Shown here: positions 27,101 through 39,292 of the stretch, one piece after another | Position numbering within the stretch: position 1 is the first letter of the stretch | Layout: each line of letters starts with the position of its first letter | Origin: Eledone cirrhosa | Lineage: Eukaryota | DNA length: 64,000 nt | Assembly: GCA_964016885.1 (NCBI GenBank) | Contig: OZ024746.1 | Location: forward strand, 52,514,001-52,578,000 | Reading direction: 5' to 3' | Position numbers and translations under genes: made by a program | The notes under the pieces: generated by a model | The model's input: the letters and a program-made list of their open reading frames with translations, nothing else | Database searches by the model: none | Told to the model about the DNA's origin: nothing

Positions 27101-29852
27101 ATGGTAGTGTTGTTGTTGTTATTGTAGTTAGTGGTTGCTGAGATGGTAGTGTTGTTGTTATTGTTATTGTAGTTAGAGGTTGCTGTGCTGGTAGTGTTGT
27201 TGTTGTTGTTATTGTAGTTAGTGGTTGCTGAGATGGTAGTGTTGTTGTTGTTATTGTAGTTAGTGGTTGCTGAGATGGTAGTGTTGTTGTTGTTGTTATT
27301 GTAGTTAGTTGTTTCTGTGATGGTAGTGTTGTTGTTGTTGTTATTGTAGTTAGTGGTTGCTGAGATAATAGTGTTGTTGTTGTTGTTATTGTAGTTAGTG
27401 GTTGCTGAGATGGTAGTGTTGTTGTTGTTGTTATTGTAGTTATTGGTTTCAGTGATGGTAGTGTTGTTGTTGTTGTTATTGTAGTTAGTGGTTGCTGAGA
27501 TAATAGTGTTGTTGTTGTTGTTATTGTAGTTAGTGGTTGCTGAGATGGTAGTGTTGTTGTTGTTGTTATTGTAGTTAGTGGTTGCTGAGATGGTAGTGTT
27601 GTTGTTGTTGTTGTTATTGTAGTTAGTGGTTTCTGTGATGGTAGTGTTGTTGTTGTTGTTATTGTAGTTAGTGGTTGCTGTGATGGTAGTGTTGTTGTTG
27701 TTATTGTAGTTAGTGGTTGCTGAGATGGTAGTGTTGTTGTTGTTATTATTGTAGTTAGTGGTTTCTGTGATGGTAGTGTTGTTGTTGTTGTTATTGTAGT
27801 TAGTGGTTTCTGTGATGGTAGTGTTGTTGTTGTTGTTATTGTAGTTAGTGGTTGCTGAGATGGTAGTGTTGTTGTTGTTGTTATTGTTGTTAGAGGTTGC
27901 TGAGATGGTAGTGTTGTTGTTGTTGTTATTGTAGTTAGAGGTTGCTGTGATGGTAGTGTTGTTGTTGTTGTTATTGTAGTTAGTGGTTTCTGTGATGGTA
28001 GTGTTGTTGTTGTTGTTATTATAGTTAGTGGTTTCTGTGATGGTAGTGTTGTTGTTGTTATTCTAGTTAATGGTTGCTGTGATGGTAGTGTTGTTGTTAT
28101 TATTGTAGTTAGAGCTTGCTGAGATGGTAGTGTTGTTGTTGTTATTGTAGTTAGTGGTTTCTGTGATGGTAGTGTTGTTGTTGTTATTGTAGTTAGTGGT
28201 TGCTGAGATGGTAGTGTTGTTGTTGTTGTTATTGTAGTTAGAGGTTGCTGTGATGGTAGTGTTGTTGTTGTTGCTATTGTAGTTAGTGGTTTCTGTGATG
28301 GTAGTGTTGTTGTTGTTGTTATTGTAGTTAGTGGTTGCTGAGATAATAGTGTTGTTGTTGTTGTTATTGTAGTTAGTGGTTGCTGAAATGATAGTGTTGT
28401 TGTTGTTGTTATTGTAGTTAGTGGTTGCTGAGATGGTAGTGTTGTTGTTGTTATTGTAGTTAGTGGTTGCTGAGATGGTAGTGTTGTTGTTGTTGTTATT
28501 GTAGTTAGTGGTTGCTGTGATGGTAGTGTTGTTGTTGTTGTTATTGTAGTTAGTGGTTTTTGTGATGGTAGTGTTGTTGTTGTTATTGTAGTTAGTGGTT
28601 GCTGTGATGGTAGTGTTGTTGTTGTTATTGTAGTTAGTTGTTGCTGAGATGGTAGTGTTGTTGTTGTTGTTATTGTAGTTAGTGGTTTTTGTGATGGTAG
28701 TGTTGTTGTTGTTGTTATTGTAGTTAGTGGTTGCTGAGATGGTAGTGTTGTTGTTGTTATTGTAGTTAGTGGTTGCTGAGATGGTAGTGTTGTTGTTGTT
28801 GTTATTGTAGTTAGTGGTTTCTGTGATGGTAGTGTTGTTGTTGTTGTTGTTATTGTAGTTAGTGGTTGCTGAGATAATAGTGTTGTTGTTGTTGTTATTG
28901 TAGTTAGTGGTTGCTGAGATGGTAGTGTTGTTGTTGTTGTTATTGTAGTTAGTGGTTTCTGTGATGGTAGTGTTGTTGTTGTTGTTATTGTAGTTAGTGG
29001 TTGCTGAGATAATAGTGTTGTTGTTGTTGTTATTGTAGTTAGTGGTTGCTGAGATGGTAGTGTTGTTGTTGTTGTTATTGTAGTTAGTGGTTGCTGAGAT
29101 GGTAGTGTTGTTGTTGTTGTTGTTATTGTAGTTAGTGGTTTCTGTGATGGAAGTGTTGTTGTTGTTGTTATTGTAGTTAGTGGTTGCTGTGATGGTAGTG
29201 TTGTTGTTGTTATTGCAGTTAGTGGTTGCTGAGATGGTAGTGTTGTTGTTGTTGTTGTTGTAGTTAGTGGTTGCTGAGATGGTAGTGTTGTTGTTGTTGT
29301 TATTGTAGTTAGTGGTTTCTGTGATGGTAGTGTTGTTGTTGTTGTTATTGTAGTTAGTGGTTGCTGAGATGGTAGTGTTGTTGTTGTTGTTATTGTTGTT
29401 AGAGGTTGCTGAGATGGTAGTGTTGTTGTTGTTATTGTAGTTAGTGGTTGTTGTGATGGTAGTGTTGTTGTTGTTGTTGTAGTTAGTGGTTTCTGTGATG
29501 GTAGTGTTGTTGTTGTTATTGTAGTTAGAGCTTGCTGAGATGGTAGTGTTGTTGTTATTGTAGTTAGTGGTTTCTGTGATGGTAGTGTTGTTGTTGTTAT
29601 TGTAGTTAGTGGTTGCTGAGATGGTAGTGTTGTTGTTGTTATTGCAGTTAGTGGTTGCTGAGATGGTAGTGTTGTTGTTGTTATTGTAGTTATTGGTTGC
29701 TGAGATGGTAGTGTTGTTGTTGTCATTGTAGTTAGTGGTTGCTGAGATGGTAGTGTTGTTGTTGTTATTGTAGTTAGTGGTTGCTGAGATGGTAGTGTTG
29801 TTCTTGTTATTGTAGTTATTGGTTGCTGAGATGGTAGTGTTGTTGTTGTCAT
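24162..29852 (-). other. Repeat-derived 1896-aa ORF (TTTTLPSQQPLTTI)n with mucin PTS-like composition; coding status unsupported
   Basis: The frame is open because the consensus has no stop in it. The ATG is only an ATA>ATG monomer variant. There is no signal peptide or non-repetitive domain. The ORF slips into the Asn-rich frame at the +1 T near 24626. Confidence 0.12.
24770..28745. repeat. Near-identical 1986-bp tandem duplication
   Basis: TGGTTGTGAT of GGTGGTTGT at 24801/26787, TTTCAGTGAT at 25461/27447 and AATGATAGT at 26401/28387 are all exactly 1986 bp apart. Confidence 0.92.
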
Positions 29853-32800
29853 TGTAGTTAGTGGTTGCTGAGATGGTAGTGTTGTTGTTGTTGTTATTGT
29901 AGTTAGTGGTTGCTGAGATGGTAGTGTTGTTGTTGTTATTGTAGTTAGTGGTTGCTGAGATGGTAGTGTTGTTCTTGTTATTGTAGTTAGTGGTTGCTGA
30001 GATGGTAGTGTTGTTGTTGTTATTGTAGTTAGTGGTTGCTGTGATGGTAGTGTTGTTGTTGTTATTGTAGTTAGTGGTGGCTGAGAAGGTAGTGTTGTTG
30101 TTGTTATTGTCGTTAGTGGTTGCTGTGATGGTAGTGTTGTTATTCTTGTTATTGTAGTTAGTGGTTGCTGTGATGGTAGTGTTGTTGTTGTTATTGTAGT
30201 TAGTGGTTGCTGTGATGATAGTGTTGTTGTTGTTATTGTAGTTAGAGGTTGCTGTAATGGTAGTGTTGTTGTTGTTATTGTAGTTAGTGGTTGCTGTGAT
30301 GGTAGTGTTGTTGTTGTTGTTATTGTAGTTAGTGGTTGCTGTGATGGTTGTGTTGTTGTTGTTGTTATTGTAGTTAGTGGTTGCTGTGATGGTAGTGTTC
30401 TTGTTGTTGTTATTGTAGTTAGTGGTTTCTGTGATGGTAGTGTTGTTGTTGTTATTGTAGTTAGTGGTTGCTGTGATGGTAGTGTTGTTGTTGTTATTGT
30501 AGTTAGTGGTTGCTGAGATGGTAGTGTTGTTGTTGTTGTTGTAGTTAGTGGTTGCTATGATGGTAGTGTTGTTGTTATTATTCTAGTTAGTTGTTGCTGT
30601 GTTGGTAGTGTTGTTGTTGTTATTGTAGTTAGTGGTTGTTGTGATGGTAGTGTTGTTGTTGTTGATGTTATTGTAGTTAGTGGTTGCTGAGATGGTAGTG
30701 TTGTTGTTGTTATTCTAGTTATTGGTTGCTGTGTTGGTAGTGTTGTTGTTGTTGTTATTGTAGTTAGTGGTTTCTGTGATGGTAGTGTTGTTGTTGTTAT
30801 TGTTATTGTAGTTAGTGGTTGTTTTGATGGTAATGTTGTTGTTATTGTTATTGTAGTTAGAGGTTGCTGTGTTGGTAGTGTTGTTGTTGTTATTGTAGTT
30901 AGTGGTTGTTGTGATGGTAGTGTTGTTGTTGTTGTTGTAGTTAGTGGTTGATGTGATGGTAGTGTTGTTGTTGTTGTAGCTAGTAGTTGCTGTGTTGGTA
31001 GTGTTGTTGTTGTTATTGTAGTTAGTGGTTGTTGTGATGGTAGTGTTGTTGTTGTTGTTGTAGTTAGTGGTTGATGTGATGGTAGTGTTGTTGTTGTTAT
31101 TGTAGTTAGTGGTTGTTGTGATGGTAGTGTTGTTGTTGTTGTTGTAGTTAGTGGTTGATGTGATGGTAGTGTTGTTGTTGTTATTGTAGTTAGTGGTTGT
31201 TGTGATGGTAGTGTTGTTGTTGTTGTTGTAGTTAGTGGTTGTTGTGATGGTAGTGTGGTTGTTGTTGTTGTAGTTAGTGGTTGATGTGATGGTAGTGTTG
31301 TTGTTGTTATTGTAGTTAGTGGTTGCTGTGATGCTAGTGTTGTTGTTATTGTTATTGTAGTTAGTGGTTGTTGTGATGGTAATGTTGTTGTTATTGTTAT
31401 TGTAGTTAGAGATTGCTGTGTTGGTAGTGTTGTTGTTGTTATTGTAGCTAGTGGTTGCTGTGTTGGTAGTGTTGTTGTTGTTATTGTAGTTAGTGGTTGT
31501 TGTGTTGGATAGTGTTGTTGTTGTTGTTGTAGTTAGTGGTTGATGTGATGGAAGTGTTGTTATTGTTATTGTAGTTAGTGGTTGCTGTGATGGTAGTGTT
31601 GTTTTTGTTGTTGTAGTTAGTGGTTGTTGTGATGGTAGTGTTGTTGTTGTTGTTGTAGTTAGTGGTTGATGTGATGGTAGTGTTGTTGTTGTTATTGTAT
31701 TTAGTGGTTGTTGTGATGGTAGTGTTGTTGTTGTTATTGTAGTTAGTGGTTGTTGTGATTGTAGTGTTGTTGTTGTTGTTGGAGTTAGTGGTTGATGTGA
31801 TGGTAGTGTTGTTGTTGTTATTGTAGTTAGTGGTTGTTGTGATGGTAGTGTTGTTGTTGTTGTTGTAGTTAGTGGTTGATGTGATGGTAGTGTTGTTGTT
31901 GTTATTGTAGTTAGTGGTTGTTGTGATGGTAGTGTTGTTGTTGTTGTTGTAGTTAGTGATTGATGTGATGGTAGTGTTGTTATTGTTATTGTAGTTAGTG
32001 GTTGTTGTGATGGCAGTGTTGTTGTTGTTATTGTAGTTAGTGGTTGTTGTGATGGTAGTGTTGTTGTTTTTGTTGTAGTTAGTGGTTGATGTGATGGTAG
32101 TGTTGTTGTTGTTATTGTAGTTAGTGGTGGTTGTGATGGTAGTGTTGTTGTTGTTGTTGTAGTTAGTGGTTGATGTGATGGTAGTGTTGTTGTTGTTATT
32201 GTAGTTAGTGGTTGCTGTGATGCTAGTGTTGTTGTTGTTGTTGTAGTTAGTGGTTGTTGTGATGGTAGTGTTGTTGTTATTGTTATTGTAGTTAGAGGTT
32301 GCTGTGATGGTAGTGTTGTTGTTGTTGTTATTGTAGTTAGTGGTTGCTGAGATGGTAGTGTTGTTGTTGTTGTTATTGTAGTTAGTGGTTTCTGTGATGG
32401 TAGTGTTGTTGTTGTTGTTATTGTAGTTAGTGGTTTCTGTGATGGTAGTGTTGTTGTTGTTATTGTAGTTAGTGGTTGCTGAGATGGTAGTGTTGTTGTT
32501 ATTGTTATTGTAGTTAGAGGTTGCTGTGCTGGTAGTGTTGTTGTTGTTGTTATTGTAGTTAGTGGTTGTTGAGATGGTAGTGTTGTTGTTGTTGTTATTG
32601 TAGTTAGTGGTTGCTGAGATAATAGTGTTGTTGTTGTTGTTATTGTAGTTAGTGGTTGCTGAGATGGTAGTGTTGTTGTTGTTGTTATTGTAGTTAGTGG
32701 TTTCTGTGATGGTAGTGTTGTTGTTGTTGTTATTGTAGTTAGTGGTTGCTGAGATAATAGTGTTGTTGTTGTTGTTATTGTAGTTAGTGGTTGCTGAGAT

Positions 32801-35800
32801 GGTAGTGTTGTTGTTGTTGTTATTGTAGTTAGTGGTTGCTGAGATGGTAGTGTTGTTGTTGTTGTTGTTATTGTAGTTAGTGGTTTCTGTGATGGTAGTG
32901 TTGTTGTTGTTGTTATTGTAGTTAGTGGTTGCTGTGATGGTAGTGTTGTTGTTGTTATTGCAGTTAGTGGTTGCTGAGATGGTAGTGTTGTTGTTGTTGT
33001 TATTGTAGTTAGTGGTTGCTGAGATGGTAGTGTTGTTGTTGTTGTTATTGTAGTTAGTGGTTTCTGTGATGGTAGTGTTGTTGTTGTTGTTATTGTAGTT
33101 AGTGGTTGCTGAGATGGTAGTGTTGTTGTTGTTGTTATTGTTGTTAGAGGTTGCTGAGATGGTAGTGTTGTTGTTGTTATTGTAGTTAGTGGTTGTTGTG
33201 ATGGTAGTGTTGTTGTTGTTGTTGTAGTTAGTGGTTTCTGTGATGGTAGTGTTGTTGTTGTTATTGTAGTTAGAGCTTGCTGAGATGGTAGTGTTGTTGT
33301 TGTTATTGTAGTTAGTGGTTTCTGTGATGGTAGTGTTGTTGTTGTTATTGTAGTTAGTGGTTGCTGAGATGGTAGTGTTGTTGTTGTTATTGCAGTTAGT
33401 GGTTGCTGAGATGGTAGTGTTGTTGTTGTTATTGTAGTTATTGGTTGCTGAGATGGTAGTGTTGTTGTTGTCATTGTAGTTAGTGGTTGCTGAGATGGTA
33501 GTGTTGTTGTTGTTATTGTAGTTAGTGGTTGCTGAGATGGTAGTGTTGTTCTTGTTATTGTAGTTATTGGTTGCTGAGATGGTAGTGTTGTTGTTGTCAT
33601 TGTAGTTAGTGGTTGCTGAGATGGTAGTGTTGTTGTTGTTGTTATTGTAGTTAGTGGTTGCTGAGATGGTAGTGTTGTTGTTGTTATTGTAGTTAGTGGT
33701 TGCTGAGATGGTAGTGTTGTTCTTGTTATTGTAGTTAGTGGTTGCTGAGATGGTAGTGTTGTTGTTGTTATTGTAGTTAGTGGTTGCTGTGATGGTAGTG
33801 TTGTTGTTGTTATTGTAGTTAGTGGTGGCTGAGAAGGTAGTGTTGTTGTTGTTATTGTCGTTAGTGGTTGCTGTGATGGTAGTGTTGTTATTCTTGTTAT
33901 TGTAGTTAGTGGTTGCTGTGATGGTAGTGTTGTTGTTGTTATTGTAGTTAGTGGTTGCTGTGATGATAGTGTTGTTGTTGTTATTGTAGTTAGAGGTTGC
34001 TGTAATGGTAGTGTTGTTGTTGTTATTGTAGTTAGTGGTTGCTGTGATGGTAGTGTTGTTGTTGTTGTTATTGTAGTTAGTGGTTGCTGTGATGGTAGTG
34101 TTGTTGTTGTTGTTATTGTAGTTAGTGGTTGCTGTGATGGTAGTGTTCTTGTTGTTGTTATTGTAGTTAGTGGTTTCTGTGATGGTAGTGTTGTTGCTGT
34201 TATTGTAGTTAGTGGTTGCTGTGATGGTAGTGTTGTTGTTGTTATTGTAGTTAGTGGTTGCTGAGATGGTAGTGTTGTTGTTGTTGTTGTAGTTAGTGGT
34301 TGCTATGATGGTAGTGTTGTTGTTATTATTCTAGTTAGTTGTTGCTGTGTTGGTAGTGTTGTTGTTGTTATTGTAGTTAGTGGTTGTTGTGATGGTAGTG
34401 TTGTTGTTGTTGATGTTATTGTAGTTAGTGGTTGCTGAGATGGTAGTGTTGTTGTTGTTATTCTAGTTATTGGTTGCTGTGTTGGTAGTGTTGTTGTTGT
34501 TGTTATTGTAGTTAGTGGTTTCTGTGATGGTAGTGTTGTTGTTGTTATTGTTATTGTAGTTAGTGGTTGTTTTGATGGTAATGTTGTTGTTATTGTTATT
34601 GTAGTTAGAGGTTGCTGTGTTGGTAGTGTTGTTGTTGTTATTGTAGTTAGTGGTTGTTGTGATGGTAGTGTTGTTGTTGTTGTTGTAGTTAGTGGTTGAT
34701 GTGATGGTAGTGTTGTTGTTGTTGTAGCTAGTAGTTGCTGTGTTGGTAGTGTTGTTGTTGTTATTGTAGTTAGTGGTTGTTGTGATGGTAGTGTTGTTGT
34801 TGTTGTTGTAGTTAGTGGTTGATGTGATGGTAGTGTTGTTGTTGTTATTGTAGTTAGTGGTTGTTGTGATGGTAGTGTTGTTGTTGTTGTTGTAGTTAGT
34901 GGTTGATGTGATGGTAGTGTTGTTGTTGTTATTGTAGTTAGTGGTTGTTGTGATGGTAGTGTTGTTGTTGTTGTTGTAGTTAGTGGTTGTTGTGATGGTA
35001 GTGTGGTTGTTGTTGTTGTAGTTAGTGGTTGATGTGATGGTAGTGTTGTTGTTGTTATTGTAGTTAGTGGTTGCTGTGATGCTAGTGTTGTTGTTATTGT
35101 TATTGTAGTTAGTGGTTGTTGTGATGGTAATGTTGTTGTTATTGTTATTGTAGTTAGAGATTGCTGTGTTGGTAGTGTTGTTGTTGTTATTGTAGCTAGT
35201 GGTTGCTGTGTTGGTAGTGTTGTTGTTGTTATTGTAGTTAGTGGTTGTTGTGATGGATAGTGTTGTTGTTGTTGTTGTAGTTAGTGGTTGATGTGATGGA
35301 AGTGTTGTTATTGTTATTGTAGTTAGTGGTTGCTGTGATGGTAGTGTTGTTTTTGTTGTTGTAGTTAGTGGTTGTTGTGATGGTAGTGTTGTTGTTGTTG
35401 TTGTTGTAGTTAGTGGTTGATGTGATGGTAGTGTTGTTGTTGTTATTGTATTTAGTGGTTGTTGTGATGGTAGTGTTGTTGTTGTTATTGTAGTTAGTGG
35501 TTGTTGTGATTGTAGTGTTGTTGTTGTTGTTGGAGTTAGTGGTTGATGTGATGGTAGTGTTGTTGTTGTTATTGTAGTTAGTGGTTGTTGTGATGGTAGT
35601 GTTATTGTTGTTGTTGTAGTTAGTGGTTGATGTGATGGTAGTGTTGTTGTTGTTATTGTAGTTAGTGGTTGTTGTGATGGTAGTGTTGTTGTTGTTGTTG
35701 TAGTTAGTGATTGATGTGATGGTAGTGTTGTTATTGTTATTGTAGTTAGTGGTTGTTGTGATGGCAGTGTTGTTGTTGTTATTGTAGTTAGTGGTTGTTG

Positions 35801-36350
35801 TGATGGTAGTGTTGTTGTTGTTGTTGTAGTTAGTGGTTGATGTGATGGTAGTGTTGTTGTTGTTATTGTAGTTAGTGGTGGTTGTGATGGTAGTGTTGTT
35901 GTTGTTGTTGTAGTTAGTGGTTGATGTGATGGTAGTGTTGTTGTTGTTATTGTAGTTAGTGGTTGCTGTGATGCTAGTGTTGTTGTTGTTGTTGTAGTTA
36001 GTGGTTGTTGTGATGGTAGTGTTGTTGTTATTGTTATTGTAGTTAGAGGTTGCTGTGATGGTAGTGTTGTTGTTGTTGTTATTGTAGTTAGTGGTTGCTG
36101 AGATGGTAGTGTTGTTGTTGTTGTTATTGTAGTTAGTGGTTTCTGTGATGGTAGTGTTGTTGTTGTTGTTATTGTAGTTAGTGGTTTCTGTGATGGTAGT
36201 GTTGTTGTTGTTATTGTAGTTAGTGGTTGCTGAGATGGTAGTGTTGTTGTTATTGTTATTGTAGTTAGAGGTTGCTGTGCTGGTAGTGTTGTTGTTGTTG
36301 TTATTGTAGTTAGTGGTTGTTGAGATGGTAGTGTTGTTGTTGTTGTTATT
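28850..36350. repeat. Near-identical approximately 3748-bp tandem duplication
   Basis: The +1 A insertion at 31509/35257, the TAG variant at 30555/34303, ORF ends at 30715/34463 and ORF starts at 29852/33600 are all 3748 bp apart. Confidence 0.92.
30715..33600 (-). other. Repeat-derived 961-aa ORF, Thr-rich then Asn-rich; coding status unsupported
   Basis: Same monomer translation. The frame switches at the inserted base 31509 and ends at an AAC TAG variant. Confidence 0.1.
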
Positions 36351-39292
36351 GTAGTTAGTGGTTGCTGAGATAATAGTGTTGTTGTTGTTGTTATTGTAGT
36401 TAGTGGTTGCTGAGATGGTAGTGTTGTTGTTGTTATTGTAGTTAGTGGTTGCTGAGATGGTAGTGTTGTTGTTGTTGTTATTGTAGTTAGTTGTTTCTGT
36501 GATGGTAGTGTTGTTGTTGTTGTTATTGTAGTTAGTGGTTGCTGAGATAATAGTGTTGTTGTTGTTGTTATTGTAGTTAGTGGTTGCTGAGATGGTAGTG
36601 TTGTTGTTGTTGTTATTGTAGTTAGTGGTTTCTGTGATGGTAGTGTTGTTGTTGTTGTTATTGTAGTTAGTGGTTGCTGAGATAATAGTGTTGTTGTTGT
36701 TGTTATTGTAGTTAGTGGTTGCTGAGATGGTAGTGTTGTTGTTGTTGTTATTGTAGTTAGTGGTTGCTGAGATGGTAGTGTTGTTGTTGTTGTTGTTATT
36801 GTAGTTAGTGGTTTCTGTGATGGTAGTGTTGTTGTTGTTGCTATTGTAGTTAGTGGTTGCTGTGATGGTAGTGTTGTTGTTGTTATTGTAGTTAGTGGTT
36901 GCTGAGATGGTAGTGTTGTTGTTGTTGTTATTTTAGTTAGTGGTTGCTGAGATGGTAGTGTTGTTGTTGTTGTTATTGTAGTTAGTGGTTTCTGTGATGG
37001 TAGTGTTGTTGTTGTTGTTATTGTAGTTAGTGGTTGCTGAGATGGTAGTGTTGTTGTTGTTGTTATTGTTGTTAGAGGTTGCTGAGATGGTAGTGTTGTT
37101 GTTGTTGTTATTGTAGTTAGAGGTTGCTGTGATGGTAGTGTTGTTGTTGTTGTTATTGTAGTTAGTGGTTTCTGTGATGGTAGTGTTGTTGTTGTTGTTA
37201 TTATAGTTAGTGGTTTCTGTGATGGTAGTGTTGTTGTTGTTATTCTAGTTAATGGTTGCTGTGATGGTAGTGTTGTTGTTATTATTGTAGTTAGAGCTTG
37301 CTGAGATGGTAGTGTTGTTGTTGTTATTGTAGTTAGTGGTTTCTGTGATGGTAGTGTTGTTGTTGTTATTGTAGTTAGTGGTTGCTGAGATGGTAGTGTT
37401 GTTGTTGTTGTTATTGTAGTTAGAGGTTGCTGTGATGGTAGTGTTGTTGTTGTTGCTATTGTAGTTAGTGGTTTCTGTGATGGTAGTGTTGTTGTTGTTG
37501 TTATTGTAGTTAGTGGTTGCTGAGATAATAGTGTTGTTGTTGTTGTTATTGTAGTTAGTGGTTGCTGAGATGATAGTGTTGTTGTTGTTGTTATTGTAGT
37601 TAGTGGTTGCTGAGATGGTAGTGTTGTTGTTGTTATTGTAGTTAGTGGTTGCTGAGATGGTAGTGTTGTTGTTGTTGTTATTGTAGTTAGTGGTTGCTGT
37701 GATGGTAGTGTTGTTGTTGTTGTTATTGTAGTTAGTGGTTTTTGTGATGGTAGTGTTGTTGTTGTTATTGTAGTTAGTGGTTGCTGTGATGGTAGTGTTG
37801 TTGTTGTTATTGTAGTTAGTTGTTGCTGAGATGGTAGTGTTGTTGTTGTTGTTATTGTAGTTAGTGGTTTTTGTGATGGTAGTGTTGTTGTTGTTGTTAT
37901 TGTAGTTAGTGGTTGCTGAGATGGTAGTGTTGTTGTTGTTATTGTAGTTAGTGGTTGCTGAGATGGTAGTGTTGTTGTTGTTGTTATTGTAGTTAGTGGT
38001 TTCTGTGATGGTAGTGTTGTTGTTGTTGTTGTTATTGTAGTTAGTGGTTGCTGAGATAATAGTGTTGTTGTTGTTGTTATTGTAGTTAGTGGTTGCTGAG
38101 ATGGTAGTGTTGTTGTTGTTGTTATTGTAGTTAGTGGTTTCTGTGATGGTAGTGTTGTTGTTGTTGTTATTGTAGTTAGTGGTTGCTGAGATAATAGTGT
38201 TGTTGTTGTTGTTATTGTAGTTAGTGGTTGCTGAGATGGTAGTGTTGTTGTTGTTGTTATTGTAGTTAGTGGTTTCTGTGATGGTAGTGTTGTTGTTGTT
38301 GTTATTGTAGTTAGTGGTTGCTGAGATAATAGTGTTGTTGTTGTTGTTATTGTAGTTAGTGGTTGCTGAGATGGTAGTGTTGTTGTTGTTGTTATTGTAG
38401 TTAGTGGTTGCTGAGATGGTAGTGTTGTTGTTGTTGTTATTGTAGTTAGTGGTTGCTGTGATGGTAGTGTTGTTGTTGTTATTGTAGTTAGTGGTTGCTG
38501 AGATGGTAGTGTTGTTGTTGTTGTTATTGTAGTTAGTGGTTGCTGAGATGGTAGTGTTGTTGTTGTTGTTATTGTAGTTAGTGGTTTCTGTGATGGTAGT
38601 GTTGTTGTTGTTGTTATTGTAGTTAGTGGTTGCTGAGATGGTAGTGTTGTTGTTGTTGTTATTGTTGTTAGAGGTTGCTGAGATGGTAGTGTTGTTGTTG
38701 TTATTGTAGTTAGTGGTTGTTGTGATGGTAGTGTTGTTGTTGTTGTTGTAGTTAGTGGTTTCTGTGATGGTAGTGTTGTTGTTGTTATTGTAGTTAGAGC
38801 TTGCTGAGATGGTAGTGTTGTTGTTGTTATTGTAGTTAGTGGTTTCTGTGATGGTAGTGTTGTTGTTGTTATTGTAGTTAGTGGTTGCTGAGATGGTAGT
38901 GTTGTTGTTGTTATTGCAGTTAGTGGTTGCTGAGATGGTAGTGTTGTTGTTGTTATTGTAGTTATTGGTTGCTGAGATGGTAGTGTTGTTGTTTTCATTG
39001 TAGTTAGTGGTTGCTGAGATGGTAGTGTTTTTGTTGTTATTGTAGTTAGTGGTTGCTGAGATGGTAGTGTTGTTCTTGTTATTGTAGTTATTGGTTGCTG
39101 AGATGGTAGTGTTGTTGTTGTCATTGTAGTTAGTGGTTGGTGAGATGGTAGTGTTGTTGTTGTTATTGTAGTTAGTGGTTGCTGAGATGGTAGTGTTGTT
39201 CTTGTTATTGTAGTTAGTGGTTGCTGAGATGGTAGTGTTGTTGTTGTTATTGTAGTTAGTGGTTGCTGAGATGGTAGTGTTGTTGTTGTCAT
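34463..39292 (-). other. Repeat-derived 1609-aa ORF, Thr-rich then Asn-rich; coding status unsupported
   Basis: Same monomer translation. The frame switches at the inserted base 35257. The C-terminal part is nearly identical to that of the 30715..33600 ORF because of the 3748-bp duplication. Confidence 0.1.
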
